A stretch of DNA of 64,000 nucleotides from positions 11,738 to 75,737 of the forward strand of contig JBMNIF010000002.1 of assembly GCA_050950765.1 (NCBI GenBank), given 5' to 3'. The notes beneath the pieces are model-generated. The model was not told the origin of the DNA. It was given only the letters and a program-made list of their open reading frames with translations, and ran no database searches. The position numbers and the translations under genes were made by a program. Source of the DNA: Bdellovibrionota bacterium. Its GTDB lineage: Bacteria; Bdellovibrionota_C; UBA2361; JAAYZI01. Below, piece after piece: positions 21,113 through 31,011 of the stretch. The first letter of the stretch is position 1. Every line of letters begins with the position of its first letter.

Positions 21113-22126
21113 TTAAAGGATCTTATTTAACTCCTCAATCACCTTAAAAGCATCTGCTACATATAAGACATCTGTTTTCCCATGTGCCCAGCTGCAACTT
21201 TCGTTTGTGTTAATTGCACGTCTTTCATTGATAAATCTCCACCCTACCACGTGTGGCTCTTCACCATGACAACAGGTAGCTAAGCCTTTTTGATGATGCG
21301 GAGTTGATCCGGTCTGACCGATCTGATTTAAGTGACTAAGGAACGGTAAAACTGCTGCTCCTTCTTCACTCTGATCAACTAGAGATTTACTACTACCGAG
21401 AGAGGCTTTTGTTTTGTCTAAAAAGTCAAGAATAAACTCGCTTGCTTTTTTAGTATCATTAGCAGGATCGTTCTGTTTCTTCGTCCAACCTGCACCTGCT
21501 ACAAAAAGTAACTTAGCTTCAGGACGAATCGTTCTGGCATCACCGCTCGGATCTTCAACTCCGATAACTTTTGTCTTTAAGTCGTTAATTGTCACGGTAA
21601 GCTTTTGCACGACTGCTTGCCCTGATTCTCCACTCCATTCTGTATCACAACCAGAATCTATCAATAAGCACCAAGGCTTGGAGCTCCTTGAAAGAGTTCC
21701 TTTGATACGTTGACGATAATACCAACGCTCTATCTCTAAAGAACCATCTTTTACATTTAATGCCGTTACCTGAGAGTCTACACTCCCCCCCACTCTAAAA
21801 GCTGCACCTGGCAGAGCGCGTTTAAAACGGATGCTAGCAGGAGCAAATACAAGGTCGGCAGCAGACTCTTTAATAAGTGCTGTTATAGCAGGAACATCAG
21901 TAGCATAACGAGAAGAATTAAAATCTTCTCCTTCAACTGCTAAAAACTTAGTGGATCCACAAGTGGCAAGGGTATCTGCCGCTTTTTGGAGATCTCCGCC
22001 GATTAGCCCGACTGTAAAGTCGGTAGCTAAAGCTTCTGCTATACGTTTAGTGCTAGTAAGTGTTTGTAAAGCGAGCTCTGATAATGAACCATCCTGTTCT
22101 GGATGGGCTAAAAATAAAATCGTCAT
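21113..22126 (-). CDS. etfA: Electron transfer flavoprotein alpha subunit.
   Basis: The N-terminal alpha/beta domain and the C-terminal FAD-binding region (...VLYVADAFKVIEELNKIL) match EtfA. Confidence 0.8.
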   Translation of the reverse strand: MTILFLAHPEQDGSLSELALQTLTSTKRIAEALATDFTVGLIGGDLQKAADTLATCGSTKFLAVEGEDFNSSRYATDVPAITALIKESAADLVFAPASIRFKRALPGAAFRVGGSVDSQVTALNVKDGSLEIERWYYRQRIKGTLSRSSKPWCLLIDSGCDTEWSGESGQAVVQKLTVTINDLKTKVIGVEDPSGDARTIRPEAKLLFVAGAGWTKKQNDPANDTKKASEFILDFLDKTKASLGSSKSLVDQSEEGAAVLPFLSHLNQIGQTGSTPHHQKGLATCCHGEEPHVVGWRFINERRAINTNESCSWAHGKTDVLYVADAFKVIEELNKIL

Positions 22127-22195
22127 CTTTAATTTTCCTTAATCTGTGAAACTATCATAAAAAAACAGGGTGTATTCTAAATTATTAAAATACAC

Positions 22196-23002
22196 CTACG
22201 CTTTAATCCAAGCTGCAAGCTCTTCAGCGATCTGGGCAGGAGTGGCATCTTTGACAATCCTAGTTTGACGCTTCTGATTCGGAATCTCAACAGCACCATA
22301 TTTTAAATCGCTTCCAGAAAGGGTGATCTGTTTCGCTTTCTGTAAGGCAGGCATAATTCCACGCATATTCATCATCCCCACCTGCGGATTGTTGGATGGC
22401 TCCGGCAAATTACCCGTTGCCCACGCTAAGACTGCAGGCGCTTTTTTACATTCAGAGACCTGATACCTTCCGCCTTCAATACGTTCTTTCACTTGAAAGG
22501 AGCCATCCTCACGATACTTAATCTCATCAACACCGAGGAAGAGATCTTCAATCCCCAATTTTTCTCCAACAAGAGCCAACGTTGTTCCGGCATCACGAGC
22601 AGCAGATGCCATGCCACCAAAAAGGAGCATATTATCCTTATCAAGTGCAGGGATCTCTGCTATGGCTTCAGCTAAAGCAGCTGCCACCTCTGCAGAATCT
22701 GTAAATCCACCCGCAGGCGCATCAATTACTACTAATTCGAAAGAAACTTTCTGCGCGATGGTCATCATCAGTTGTTGTAACTTTGCTTTAGGTCCTAAGC
22801 TAACTAGATAAACCTTAGATCTTGTGATCTGCTTTGCTAAATTAGCAGCTTCATATAAAGAATGCCCTGCCCACGGATCAAGCACGACTGGCAACATCGA
22901 TTCATTTTTTAAAGTTGGCTTGTCACCTGCAAGTGGTTCAAGCGTCTGTAACGGATCCGGCACAACACTGCCGCATACCACGATTGAAAGTCCCGAACTC
23001 AT
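22196..23002 (-). CDS. etfB: Electron transfer flavoprotein beta subunit.
   Basis: IVVCGSVVPDP at the N-terminus. Size about 268 aa. Lies directly upstream of etfA. Confidence 0.8.
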   Translation of the reverse strand: MSSGLSIVVCGSVVPDPLQTLEPLAGDKPTLKNESMLPVVLDPWAGHSLYEAANLAKQITRSKVYLVSLGPKAKLQQLMMTIAQKVSFELVVIDAPAGGFTDSAEVAAALAEAIAEIPALDKDNMLLFGGMASAARDAGTTLALVGEKLGIEDLFLGVDEIKYREDGSFQVKERIEGGRYQVSECKKAPAVLAWATGNLPEPSNNPQVGMMNMRGIMPALQKAKQITLSGSDLKYGAVEIPNQKRQTRIVKDATPAQIAEELAAWIKA

Positions 23003-23271
23003 TTAACTTTTCTCCTAAATAATCTTCTGTTTCAATACATCTTTCTTATTTTTATATATTCCTATCTATAAGCGGAATAGCGGAATAATAATCGCTAAAA
23101 AAATATACGGTCAAGCTTGTAAAGAAAGACCTTTCTAAAAGCCTTTAAAAAATTAAAATATTGTAAAAAATCGCAAAACTTATCCCATTCTCTTCTCCTC
23201 AAGAGATCTTAAAAAATATCTTCCGTATACTTGCAATTTAACTATCTTTTATATACATTTTCCAGCATTGT

Positions 23272-23347
23272 GCGCCGGTAGCTCAGTTGGTAGAGCAGAA
23301 GACTCTTAATCTTCGGGTCGTGGGTTCGAGCCCCTCCCGGCGTACCA
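23272..23347 (+). tRNA. tRNA-Lys (anticodon CTT).
   Basis: Cloverleaf folded by hand: acceptor GCGCCGG/CCGGCGT, D-arm GCTC...GAGC, anticodon stem GAAGA/TCTTC with loop CTCTTAA, a T-loop TTCGAGC and a 3' CCA. Confidence 0.85.
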
Positions 23348-23454
23348 CTTCAAGCCCTTCTCTATGTATTTTTACTTTATTTCGCGCTCTCGTTATTTCC
23401 ATCAAATTATCAATATAGTGCTATTTCTCAATCTTGTGGTAGATAATTAAAATT

Positions 23455-25863
23455 ATGCAAAAGAGGAAACGATTTTCAGGTTCGACACTGAATAAGACAA
23501 AACAACCACTTCGTAAAAAAAAAGGGCGTAAAAAGAAGATCAATAAACGACGCCTTTTTATTTTAGTCTGTGTAGTCTTTTTACTTCTCTCTATCTGCGG
23601 ACTATTTTTATCGTACCTGTACGTAGACAATATGGTCTATCGGCATTTGCAAAATAAGTTACAAAAACAGGAGGGGATGGCTTTTTCAGCGCCGTTTACG
23701 TTACAAAGCGGAATGCGTATCTCTGCGGATGTTCTCACACAAACGTTAAGAACTAGGGGATATATTAACGGCACTGGTTCAGTTATTAATCAGGGAGAGT
23801 TTAAGGTACAAGGAAGTGTCTTTAAGATCTATGCCAGAGGGTTTACTGATGCTGAAAATCTCTATCATTCCCCACAAATTTACACTTATGATACAGCCAC
23901 AACAAAGCTATTAACGATCGATCAGAACGAAGAAGAACTTCTACTTGAACCTATTCCGATCTCATCTCTCGCCTCAGGGGAGCACCGTGCTAGCTCTTAT
24001 CTTGCACTGGAAGAAATCCCAAAAAATGTACAACAAGCTGTTATTACCATAGAGGATGAACGCTTTTTTAACCATTCTGGGATAGATCTGATCGGTATTT
24101 TGCGTGCTGTGTTTGCAAATATTAAAGCCGGTTCTATCGTACAGGGTGGAAGCACACTAACTCAGCAACTAGCAAAGAACACCCTTTTTACACCACGCAA
24201 AACGTTGGGACGCAAAATCCTTGAAGCTTTAGCCGCCATTAGTCTTGAAAAGCGTCTTTCTAAAAATGAGATCTTGGAACGGTATCTGAATGAAGTTTAT
24301 CTCGGGCAAGAAGGCTCGGTAGCGATTCATGGAGTAGCAGAAGCGGCGGAGACGTTTTTTGATAAAAAAATAGCAACTATCAATACCTCAGAAGCTGCTC
24401 TTTTAGCAGGGATTATCAAGGCACCATCATATTATTCTCCAAAGCGACACCTAAAACGTGCTCTTAATAGACGTGAGATTGTTTTAAAAAAGATGATAGA
24501 GAATGGGGCTATCTCCGTAGAAGAGGGAGCTGCTGCGCTTCAGTATATACCGAAAATTAAGGAGGGATATACACACACTCCGTTAGCACCTTATTTTCAT
24601 GTAGCGCTATTAAAAGATCTTGAAGAGAAGATTAATTTAGATGTTACGGCATTAAGTGGTATGCGAATCTACACAGGACTAAGTCCAGAACTGCAAAAGT
24701 GTGCAACAGCTGCTATTGCAGAAGAGTTACCGGCCATAGAAGAACGGTATCCAGCTTTAAAACGTAAGAAATCACCTCTAGCGGCAGCACTCGTTGCCAT
24801 AGAACCACACAGCGGATTGATTAAAGCATGGGTTGGCGGCAGGAATTATGCCACGAATCAATTCGATCACGTCTCTCAAGGTTTTAGGCAGATCGGATCT
24901 ACGGTAAAACCTTTTTTATATCTTACAGCTTTAGACGGCGGTTTAAACACTTATAAAGTTGCCACTGCTGATAGTATTCTGCCTGATAAACCGACAATTT
25001 TTACATTACCGAATAATAAAACTTGGACTCCTCTTAATTATGATAAGAAGTATCACGGTGATGTTACGTTACGTTATGCTTTGGAAAAGTCTTTAAATAT
25101 TCCTGCGGCGTATATTGGCGGTAAGGTCGGTGTTAAAGCTTTAGCGCATACCCTCTCTATTTTTCATATAGCAGAAGATATTCCAGAGGTACCGGCAATC
25201 ACATTAGGTGCTATTGATACCAGCCTATTAAAACTTACCGCTGCCTATGGTGCCTTAGCTAATAGCGGCATCTATGTTACTCCGCGACTTTTTTCAAGTG
25301 TGATAGATCGCACTGCCACTACTATTGCGAAGACCCCTTTTCAAGAGGAACGACTTTCTGATGAAGGTGCAGTCTATGTTTTAACTAATATCTTACAAGG
25401 TGTAGTAGATCGTGGTACTGGAGCTGCTATTAGAAGACTTGGATATAAAAGAGCGGCGGCTGGAAAAACCGGCACTTCAGATAATGCACGAGATGCGTGG
25501 TTTGTTGGGTATACTCCGAACCTTGTTGCGGGTGTCTGGCTTGGTTTTGATGACAATAAGAAGATAGGTGTAACTGGTGGCGGAGTGGCTGCACCGATCT
25601 GGGCTAATTTTATGAAGTGTTCTGAGCCGTTTTTGCAAGATTCTCAATTTATTCCACCTGATAATGTTGTTTTTGTTAGGATCGATTCTCTAACGCACAG
25701 GCGTGCTGATCGTTATACACCGCCGGATCGCGTAATTAGAGAGGTTTATGTTAAAGGAACTGAGCCGCCCGAATATTTTAATGATTCTCAATCGGATGAA
25801 TACGATCTTCCGACTCCACGACGACCTAAACGCAGAAGCTTTTGGGACCTCTTCGACTGGTAG
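23455..25863 (+). CDS. mrcA: Class A penicillin-binding protein 1A (transglycosylase/transpeptidase).
   Basis: The glycosyltransferase motifs EDERFFNHSGID and the transpeptidase motifs SGSTVKP and KTGT. N-terminal TM anchor. Confidence 0.9.
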   Translation: MQKRKRFSGSTLNKTKQPLRKKKGRKKKINKRRLFILVCVVFLLLSICGLFLSYLYVDNMVYRHLQNKLQKQEGMAFSAPFTLQSGMRISADVLTQTLRTRGYINGTGSVINQGEFKVQGSVFKIYARGFTDAENLYHSPQIYTYDTATTKLLTIDQNEEELLLEPIPISSLASGEHRASSYLALEEIPKNVQQAVITIEDERFFNHSGIDLIGILRAVFANIKAGSIVQGGSTLTQQLAKNTLFTPRKTLGRKILEALAAISLEKRLSKNEILERYLNEVYLGQEGSVAIHGVAEAAETFFDKKIATINTSEAALLAGIIKAPSYYSPKRHLKRALNRREIVLKKMIENGAISVEEGAAALQYIPKIKEGYTHTPLAPYFHVALLKDLEEKINLDVTALSGMRIYTGLSPELQKCATAAIAEELPAIEERYPALKRKKSPLAAALVAIEPHSGLIKAWVGGRNYATNQFDHVSQGFRQIGSTVKPFLYLTALDGGLNTYKVATADSILPDKPTIFTLPNNKTWTPLNYDKKYHGDVTLRYALEKSLNIPAAYIGGKVGVKALAHTLSIFHIAEDIPEVPAITLGAIDTSLLKLTAAYGALANSGIYVTPRLFSSVIDRTATTIAKTPFQEERLSDEGAVYVLTNILQGVVDRGTGAAIRRLGYKRAAAGKTGTSDNARDAWFVGYTPNLVAGVWLGFDDNKKIGVTGGGVAAPIWANFMKCSEPFLQDSQFIPPDNVVFVRIDSLTHRRADRYTPPDRVIREVYVKGTEPPEYFNDSQSDEYDLPTPRRPKRRSFWDLFDW

Positions 25864-26075
25864 AGGTTAAAAATTTGGTGCCACCCTTCAGGGACAGCAG
25901 GACGGGCTGATACTACAAAGCGAAGTCAGCTAGATCTTTACGAGGGTTAAAAATTTGGTGCCACCCACTAGGGACAGCAGGACGGGCTGCAATGCAGAGA
26001 GGAAAATTTGGTGCCACCCACCAGTGCTAAAAGACTCTAAAACTACGATAGATAATAATATCAAGATGTTAGCAA
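25864..26075. repeat. Array B of the mosaic repeat family (3 cores, GGTGCCACCC orientation). It is truncated by the IS insertion.
   Basis: Starts immediately after the mrcA stop codon and ends at the IS left target-site duplication. Confidence 0.9.
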
Positions 26076-27903
26076 CCTAAATTCCGCAATTTTTATCTTT
26101 TCTCCATTCCAGAAATAAGCCACCGTATTTTTTATTGATATTTTAGTTAGTTATATATTTTTCTATATTGACATTTCCTGTTTGTATGGTATGATTGCCC
26201 TATACATATTAGGGAGGTTTTTTATGAAAAAAATAACTAAAAAAGTTGACTTACCAGATAGGCAAATTGCTCGTAAGAAAAACAAAAATGGGACTACTTA
26301 TATCTATTACAGGATGAACTTTCGTCGTGAAAACGGAGAGCCTACGTTTGATGAAATAGGTATAGGGAAGCTAGATGAAAGCGGTAAGAAATTAATTCCT
26401 AATAGAAATTACTATGATTTGTTTCCAGATGATTCTAATAGATATGTTATTAGCAATAAATCTTTTGGTCTTACTTATGTTTTAAATAAGATTGTAAAAG
26501 ATTTAAGGTTAGACAAGACATTGCTTTCAATTTTTGGAAATGACACATACGAGATTTTAACTTTAGCGTTTTATATTCTAGCAAATGGAAATGTAGTATC
26601 ACATGCTTCAAGTTGGATAGATGATAGTGTCTTACCATATGAAATTTCTGAATTAACAAGTCAAAAAATAAGTCGTCTTTTTGAACGTATTGACTACGAG
26701 AAAAGACTTAATTTTTTTAAGAAATGGACGAAGCGATATTTAGCTCAAGAATGTTGGTATTATGACGTAACTTCCATATCTTCTTATAGTAAAAAAATAA
26801 GCATATTGGAGTTTGGCTATAATAGGGATATGGATAAATTGCCGCAAATAAATATAGGTATGTGCTACGGCTCTACAACGAAGCTTCCTTTATTCTATCA
26901 AGTTTATAATGGCAGCATTACAGATAAGACATATTTTAGTTTTCTTTTAAGAGACTTTCCATTTATTAGTCTTAATAATCGTATTAACCTTGTTACGGAT
27001 CAAGGTTTTGTGACGCAAGATAATTTAGCGGAAGTAGCAAATGAAGAAGGGCAAAAGTTTGGACTACTTTGTCCTTTGCCACTATATTGGAATGACGCTA
27101 AAAGAATATTAGAAAATCACACTGCACTTATTAAGCAAGATGCTAATTATATAAAAGGAACCTCTACTTTTGGTTGTTCTGTAATAGATACTGTTATGGG
27201 ACAACCTGTAAAGATTTATGTTTATTACAATATGGGAAAGGCGCCATATGAGATAGTTCAATTTTACGAGAAAATTTCTAGAATGGAAGAAGAGTTAGAA
27301 GAACTGAAAAAATTAAAATACTCTTTGCTGGATCGTAAAAAATATAGGAAATATTTTGATATTAAAATAAATGAAGATGGTTTCACTTATGAAAAAAAAT
27401 CAGAAGCTATAGATGAATACTTGAGAAATTGTGGCTTCTTAATTTTGATTGGTATTGGTTGTGATTCAAATCCGAGTGAAGCACTTTTTCGTTATCGTCA
27501 AAAAGATGTAATTGAAAAACAATTTTTCCAGCTAAAAAATGAAATTGATTTTAGAAGACTTAAAACACATAATCTTCAAACCACAGAAGGAAAACTTTTT
27601 GTTGGATTTTTAGCTCTTATACTTAGAAGTTATATTCTTAATTTACTTAAAAATGATACAAGGCAAAAAAAGTTTAATATACCTGATGTCATTAAAGAGC
27701 TTCAAAAAATTAAAGTTATAGAAACTAAAAATGGCAGTAAATTAATGGTTCCGTTAACAAAAAAACAAAAGGATATTTTGAAAATTTTCAATATTGAAGA
27801 AGATGACTTTCTAAAAAGTATTTTTAAGAAAAAGTAAGATTATACCGCTCGAAAGCTACCTTTAAAAACACGTTTGTATGGTATAATTTCGCGGGAATTC
27901 AGG
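26076..27903 (+). mobile_element. Insertion sequence of the IS4 superfamily, about 1.83 kb.
   Basis: Imperfect terminal inverted repeats (CCTAAATTCCGCAATTTTTAT versus CCTGAATTCCCGCGAAATTAT). Flanking 7-8 bp direct repeat (G)TTAGCAA at 26068-26075 and 27903-27910. Joining the two flanks recreates an intact repeat module seen elsewhere at 28160-28240. Confidence 0.8.
26224..27837 (+). CDS. DDE transposase, IS4/IS1634-like.
   Basis: About 540 aa with a DDE-type core (...YYDVTS..., ...LVTDQGF...) and a C-terminal YRQKDVIEKQFFQLK segment. The likely start is MKKIT. Confidence 0.8.
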   Translation: MKKITKKVDLPDRQIARKKNKNGTTYIYYRMNFRRENGEPTFDEIGIGKLDESGKKLIPNRNYYDLFPDDSNRYVISNKSFGLTYVLNKIVKDLRLDKTLLSIFGNDTYEILTLAFYILANGNVVSHASSWIDDSVLPYEISELTSQKISRLFERIDYEKRLNFFKKWTKRYLAQECWYYDVTSISSYSKKISILEFGYNRDMDKLPQINIGMCYGSTTKLPLFYQVYNGSITDKTYFSFLLRDFPFISLNNRINLVTDQGFVTQDNLAEVANEEGQKFGLLCPLPLYWNDAKRILENHTALIKQDANYIKGTSTFGCSVIDTVMGQPVKIYVYYNMGKAPYEIVQFYEKISRMEEELEELKKLKYSLLDRKKYRKYFDIKINEDGFTYEKKSEAIDEYLRNCGFLILIGIGCDSNPSEALFRYRQKDVIEKQFFQLKNEIDFRRLKTHNLQTTEGKLFVGFLALILRSYILNLLKNDTRQKKFNIPDVIKELQKIKVIETKNGSKLMVPLTKKQKDILKIFNIEEDDFLKSIFKKK

Positions 27904-28372
27904 TTAGCAAAAGCTTCGGGCTTGGCGAATTTGGTGCCACCCACCAGTAAGACGGGATCTGGCAGATTTGGCAGGGCTTGGATCTGGTGCCACCCACTAG
28001 AGACAGCAGAGCGGGCGCAACTTGCAGATCAAATCGGTTAGATCTCTACGGAATTTACTACCACTCGCTAGGGACAATTGAGCGGGCTGATACGGCAAAA
28101 TAAATCAGCTAGATCTATACGGAGGAGGTTAAATTTTGGTGCCACCCACCAGTGCTAAAAGACTCTAAAATTACGATAGCTAATAATATCAAGATGTTAG
28201 CAAAAGCTTCGGGCTTGGCGAATTTGGTGCCACCCACTAGGGACAGCAGGACGGGCTGCAATGCAGAGAGGGATCAGCTAGATCTCTACGAGGGTTAAAA
28301 ATTTGGTGCCACCCACTAGAGACAATTGAGCGGGCTGATACGGCAAAATAAATCAGCTAGATCTATACGGAG
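27904..28372. repeat. Array C of the mosaic repeat family (about 6 cores) with an internal duplication of about 250 bp.
   Basis: Runs from the IS right end to 7 bp before the map stop codon. Confidence 0.9.
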
Positions 28373-28378
28373 GAAAAA

Positions 28379-29173
28379 CTAGCAGTTTTTACATGGGATT
28401 ACTTCATCAGCTGCTTTTGTTAGCACCTCGCAACCTGTTTCAGTCACTAGGATTGTATGCTCCCACTGCGCAGACAAGCTGCCATCTGCTGTGCGAACAG
28501 TCCAACCATCCAACTCCGATAAGACCGTTTCGTGTGTACCGCCGTTTATCATCGGTTCAATGGTAAACGTCATCCCTGGTCGCATCACCTCTCCCGTGCT
28601 GAACTTTCCAACGTGAAGAACTTGTGGCGGCTCGTGAAAATTTCTTCCAAGCCCGTGCCCAGTATAATCTCTGACAATTCCGTAATGCGTTCCCGTTTTT
28701 TTAATAAACGCTTGAATAGCAGCGCCAATATCACCGATGCGTTTACCCGGTACAACTTCGGCAATTCCTGCATACATAGCATCTTTAGCTGTTTTTACCA
28801 GTTTAATAGCCTCTTCTGAGCAGTTACCTACAAAATACATCCTGCTGGAATCTGAATGGAAGCCGTTTTTTATAGATGTTACATCAATATTTACGATATC
28901 CCCCTCTTTTAATACAAGATATTGACTGGGAATACCGTGACACACCACATCATTAATTGAGATACAAACAGACTTCGGGAAACCCTTATAATTAAGGGGT
29001 GCTGGGATAGCACCTGCTTCAATAGTTAATTTATGAACGAAGCGGTTAATCTCTTCCGTTGAAACCCCTGGTTTAACTAAATCTCCAACAACATCAAGGA
29101 CATGAGTAGTCACTTTGGAAGCAGCACGCATTGCTACAATCTCTTCGGCTGTTTTTATCGGAACTCTTGCCAT
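28379..29173 (-). CDS. map: Methionine aminopeptidase type I.
   Basis: Metal-ligand motifs and the ...HGIP...VLKEGDIVNIDVT... and ...TGHGLG... segments. The likely start is MARVP. Confidence 0.9.
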   Translation of the reverse strand: MARVPIKTAEEIVAMRAASKVTTHVLDVVGDLVKPGVSTEEINRFVHKLTIEAGAIPAPLNYKGFPKSVCISINDVVCHGIPSQYLVLKEGDIVNIDVTSIKNGFHSDSSRMYFVGNCSEEAIKLVKTAKDAMYAGIAEVVPGKRIGDIGAAIQAFIKKTGTHYGIVRDYTGHGLGRNFHEPPQVLHVGKFSTGEVMRPGMTFTIEPMINGGTHETVLSELDGWTVRTADGSLSAQWEHTILVTETGCEVLTKAADEVIPCKNC

Positions 29174-29425
29174 AATACAAATCCTCCTTCGTAACGATAC
29201 ACCTCCAAGAGTGTAACTGCAAACACTCCTCAAAGAAATCTGGTTCCCCCACCAGATTGAGAGCTCCCCTCTGCAGTTTATTCCTTATTATCTTTATCCT
29301 ACAAAAATGCTCTTAATCAGATAATCCTTCAAAAAGAAGAGATAAAAGCATATAGTTTGTAAAAATTTTCGTTTTTTTGATGGAATGACGGTATATAAAC
29401 TGTGGGAGCACTCGCTGGAGGTCAT

Positions 29426-30979
29426 ATGAAACTAACGATTGGCACACGTCGTAGTGACTTAGCAAGCATTCAAGGTCGCCTTGTTGGAGATGCCTTATTA
29501 AATAGTTATAAAACTAAAAAAGATGCAGATACTTCAGGACTCTTTCAATTAGAAGGTTCTCAATCGCAACTTGAAATAAATTACCTCCAAAAAAATGCAG
29601 AGGGTGATATTGATCAAAAAACTCCTTTATCTCAACTTCCCGACAAGGGAGTTTTTACCCGCAACCTTTCATCCCTTTTAGTAAGCGGAGAGATAGATCT
29701 GGCGGTGCACTCTTGGAAGGATTGCCCAACAGTTACTCTTCCCTCGACTCAGATTGTCGGCACTTTAATCAGAGAAGACCCTAGGGATATGTTACTTGTG
29801 CGCAAAGATAGCTGGTCTACCATTAAAAAAAATAAAGCCATCACAGTCCTCTCTTCCTCGCCACGACGTGAGTATAATATTACACCATTTTTAAAGTGGT
29901 CTCTCCCTACCGCTATTAATACAGTTTCATTTTTACCTGTCAGAGGAAATATTCAGACACGCTTAGCTAAGTTATTTGCTGGTGAAGGCGATGCTTTAAT
30001 CGTTGCAAAAGCTGCCTTAAGTAGGATCTTACGAGCATCCTCTTTTCCAGAGGCGGCAATAAAAATTAAAGAAGCTCTAGAGAGATGTTATTGGTCAATT
30101 ATTCCACTTACCTGTAATCCGACAGCAGCAGGTCAAGGAGCCTTAGCAATAGAGATCAATAGTGAAAGACAAGATTTAAAAGATCTGATTAAAACACTTT
30201 CTGACCCTCAAAGTTTAAATTGTGTCACACAAGAGCGCGCCATCCTTCAAAAATATGGTGGAGGATGTCATCAAAAAATAGGTGTAACCGTAATAAATCA
30301 TCGCTTCGGTGAGATAACTTTTCTTGCAGGTGAAACAGATGCAGGTGAAAAATTAAATAACATTACACTTAAAAGCGTTCTTCCACTTCCTCCAAAAGCA
30401 GCACCTAATCAGATCTGGCCTTCGGAAGAGCCTTTAAATATTCTCACTCCTAAACTCTTCTCTCCAGCACAACCACGAACAAGAAATATCGCCTATCTGA
30501 TTTCAAAAGATCTTGCACTCCCCCAAAAATGGAAGATCTCCTTTAATACTGTCGTTTATTGTGCCGGTTTGGAAACGTGGAAAAAACTTGCTCAACGTGG
30601 AGTTTGGGTTAATGGATCTATGGAATCCCTTGGAGAAAGTTTTGATAACGGTATGTTTGATTTTATCGCTTCAGATACACACTGGATTAAGTTAGGTCAT
30701 GACAAAGCAGTAATATCTGAAAAAATGCAGCTTTTCCCAACCTACACCTTAAAATTCACACGTAATCCGCCACGCCTTCTTACAAAAACACATTTTTACT
30801 GGAGGAGTGCTTCTCTCTTTAAAGCTGTCCTTTCAACCAATCCTCAAATTTTACACGCATGGCATGCTTGTGGATTGGGGAACTCGTATGACAAAATCGC
30901 AGAATGCTTACCCGATAAAAAGAAATTGTCTGTTTGGCTAAGTTACGAAGATTGGAAAAATTACGTTACAAATGTGTAG
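29426..30979 (+). CDS. hemC: Porphobilinogen deaminase fused to a uroporphyrinogen-III synthase-like C-terminal domain.
   Basis: The N-terminal 300 aa are HemC (MKLTIGTRRSDLA..., cofactor Cys in YGGGCHQKIG). An additional domain of about 220 aa is consistent with HemD. Confidence 0.6.
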   Translation: MKLTIGTRRSDLASIQGRLVGDALLNSYKTKKDADTSGLFQLEGSQSQLEINYLQKNAEGDIDQKTPLSQLPDKGVFTRNLSSLLVSGEIDLAVHSWKDCPTVTLPSTQIVGTLIREDPRDMLLVRKDSWSTIKKNKAITVLSSSPRREYNITPFLKWSLPTAINTVSFLPVRGNIQTRLAKLFAGEGDALIVAKAALSRILRASSFPEAAIKIKEALERCYWSIIPLTCNPTAAGQGALAIEINSERQDLKDLIKTLSDPQSLNCVTQERAILQKYGGGCHQKIGVTVINHRFGEITFLAGETDAGEKLNNITLKSVLPLPPKAAPNQIWPSEEPLNILTPKLFSPAQPRTRNIAYLISKDLALPQKWKISFNTVVYCAGLETWKKLAQRGVWVNGSMESLGESFDNGMFDFIASDTHWIKLGHDKAVISEKMQLFPTYTLKFTRNPPRLLTKTHFYWRSASLFKAVLSTNPQILHAWHACGLGNSYDKIAECLPDKKKLSVWLSYEDWKNYVTNV

Positions 30980-31011
30980 AGTGTGGTATGTAGTTTAATT
31001 TATGTAGAGAG

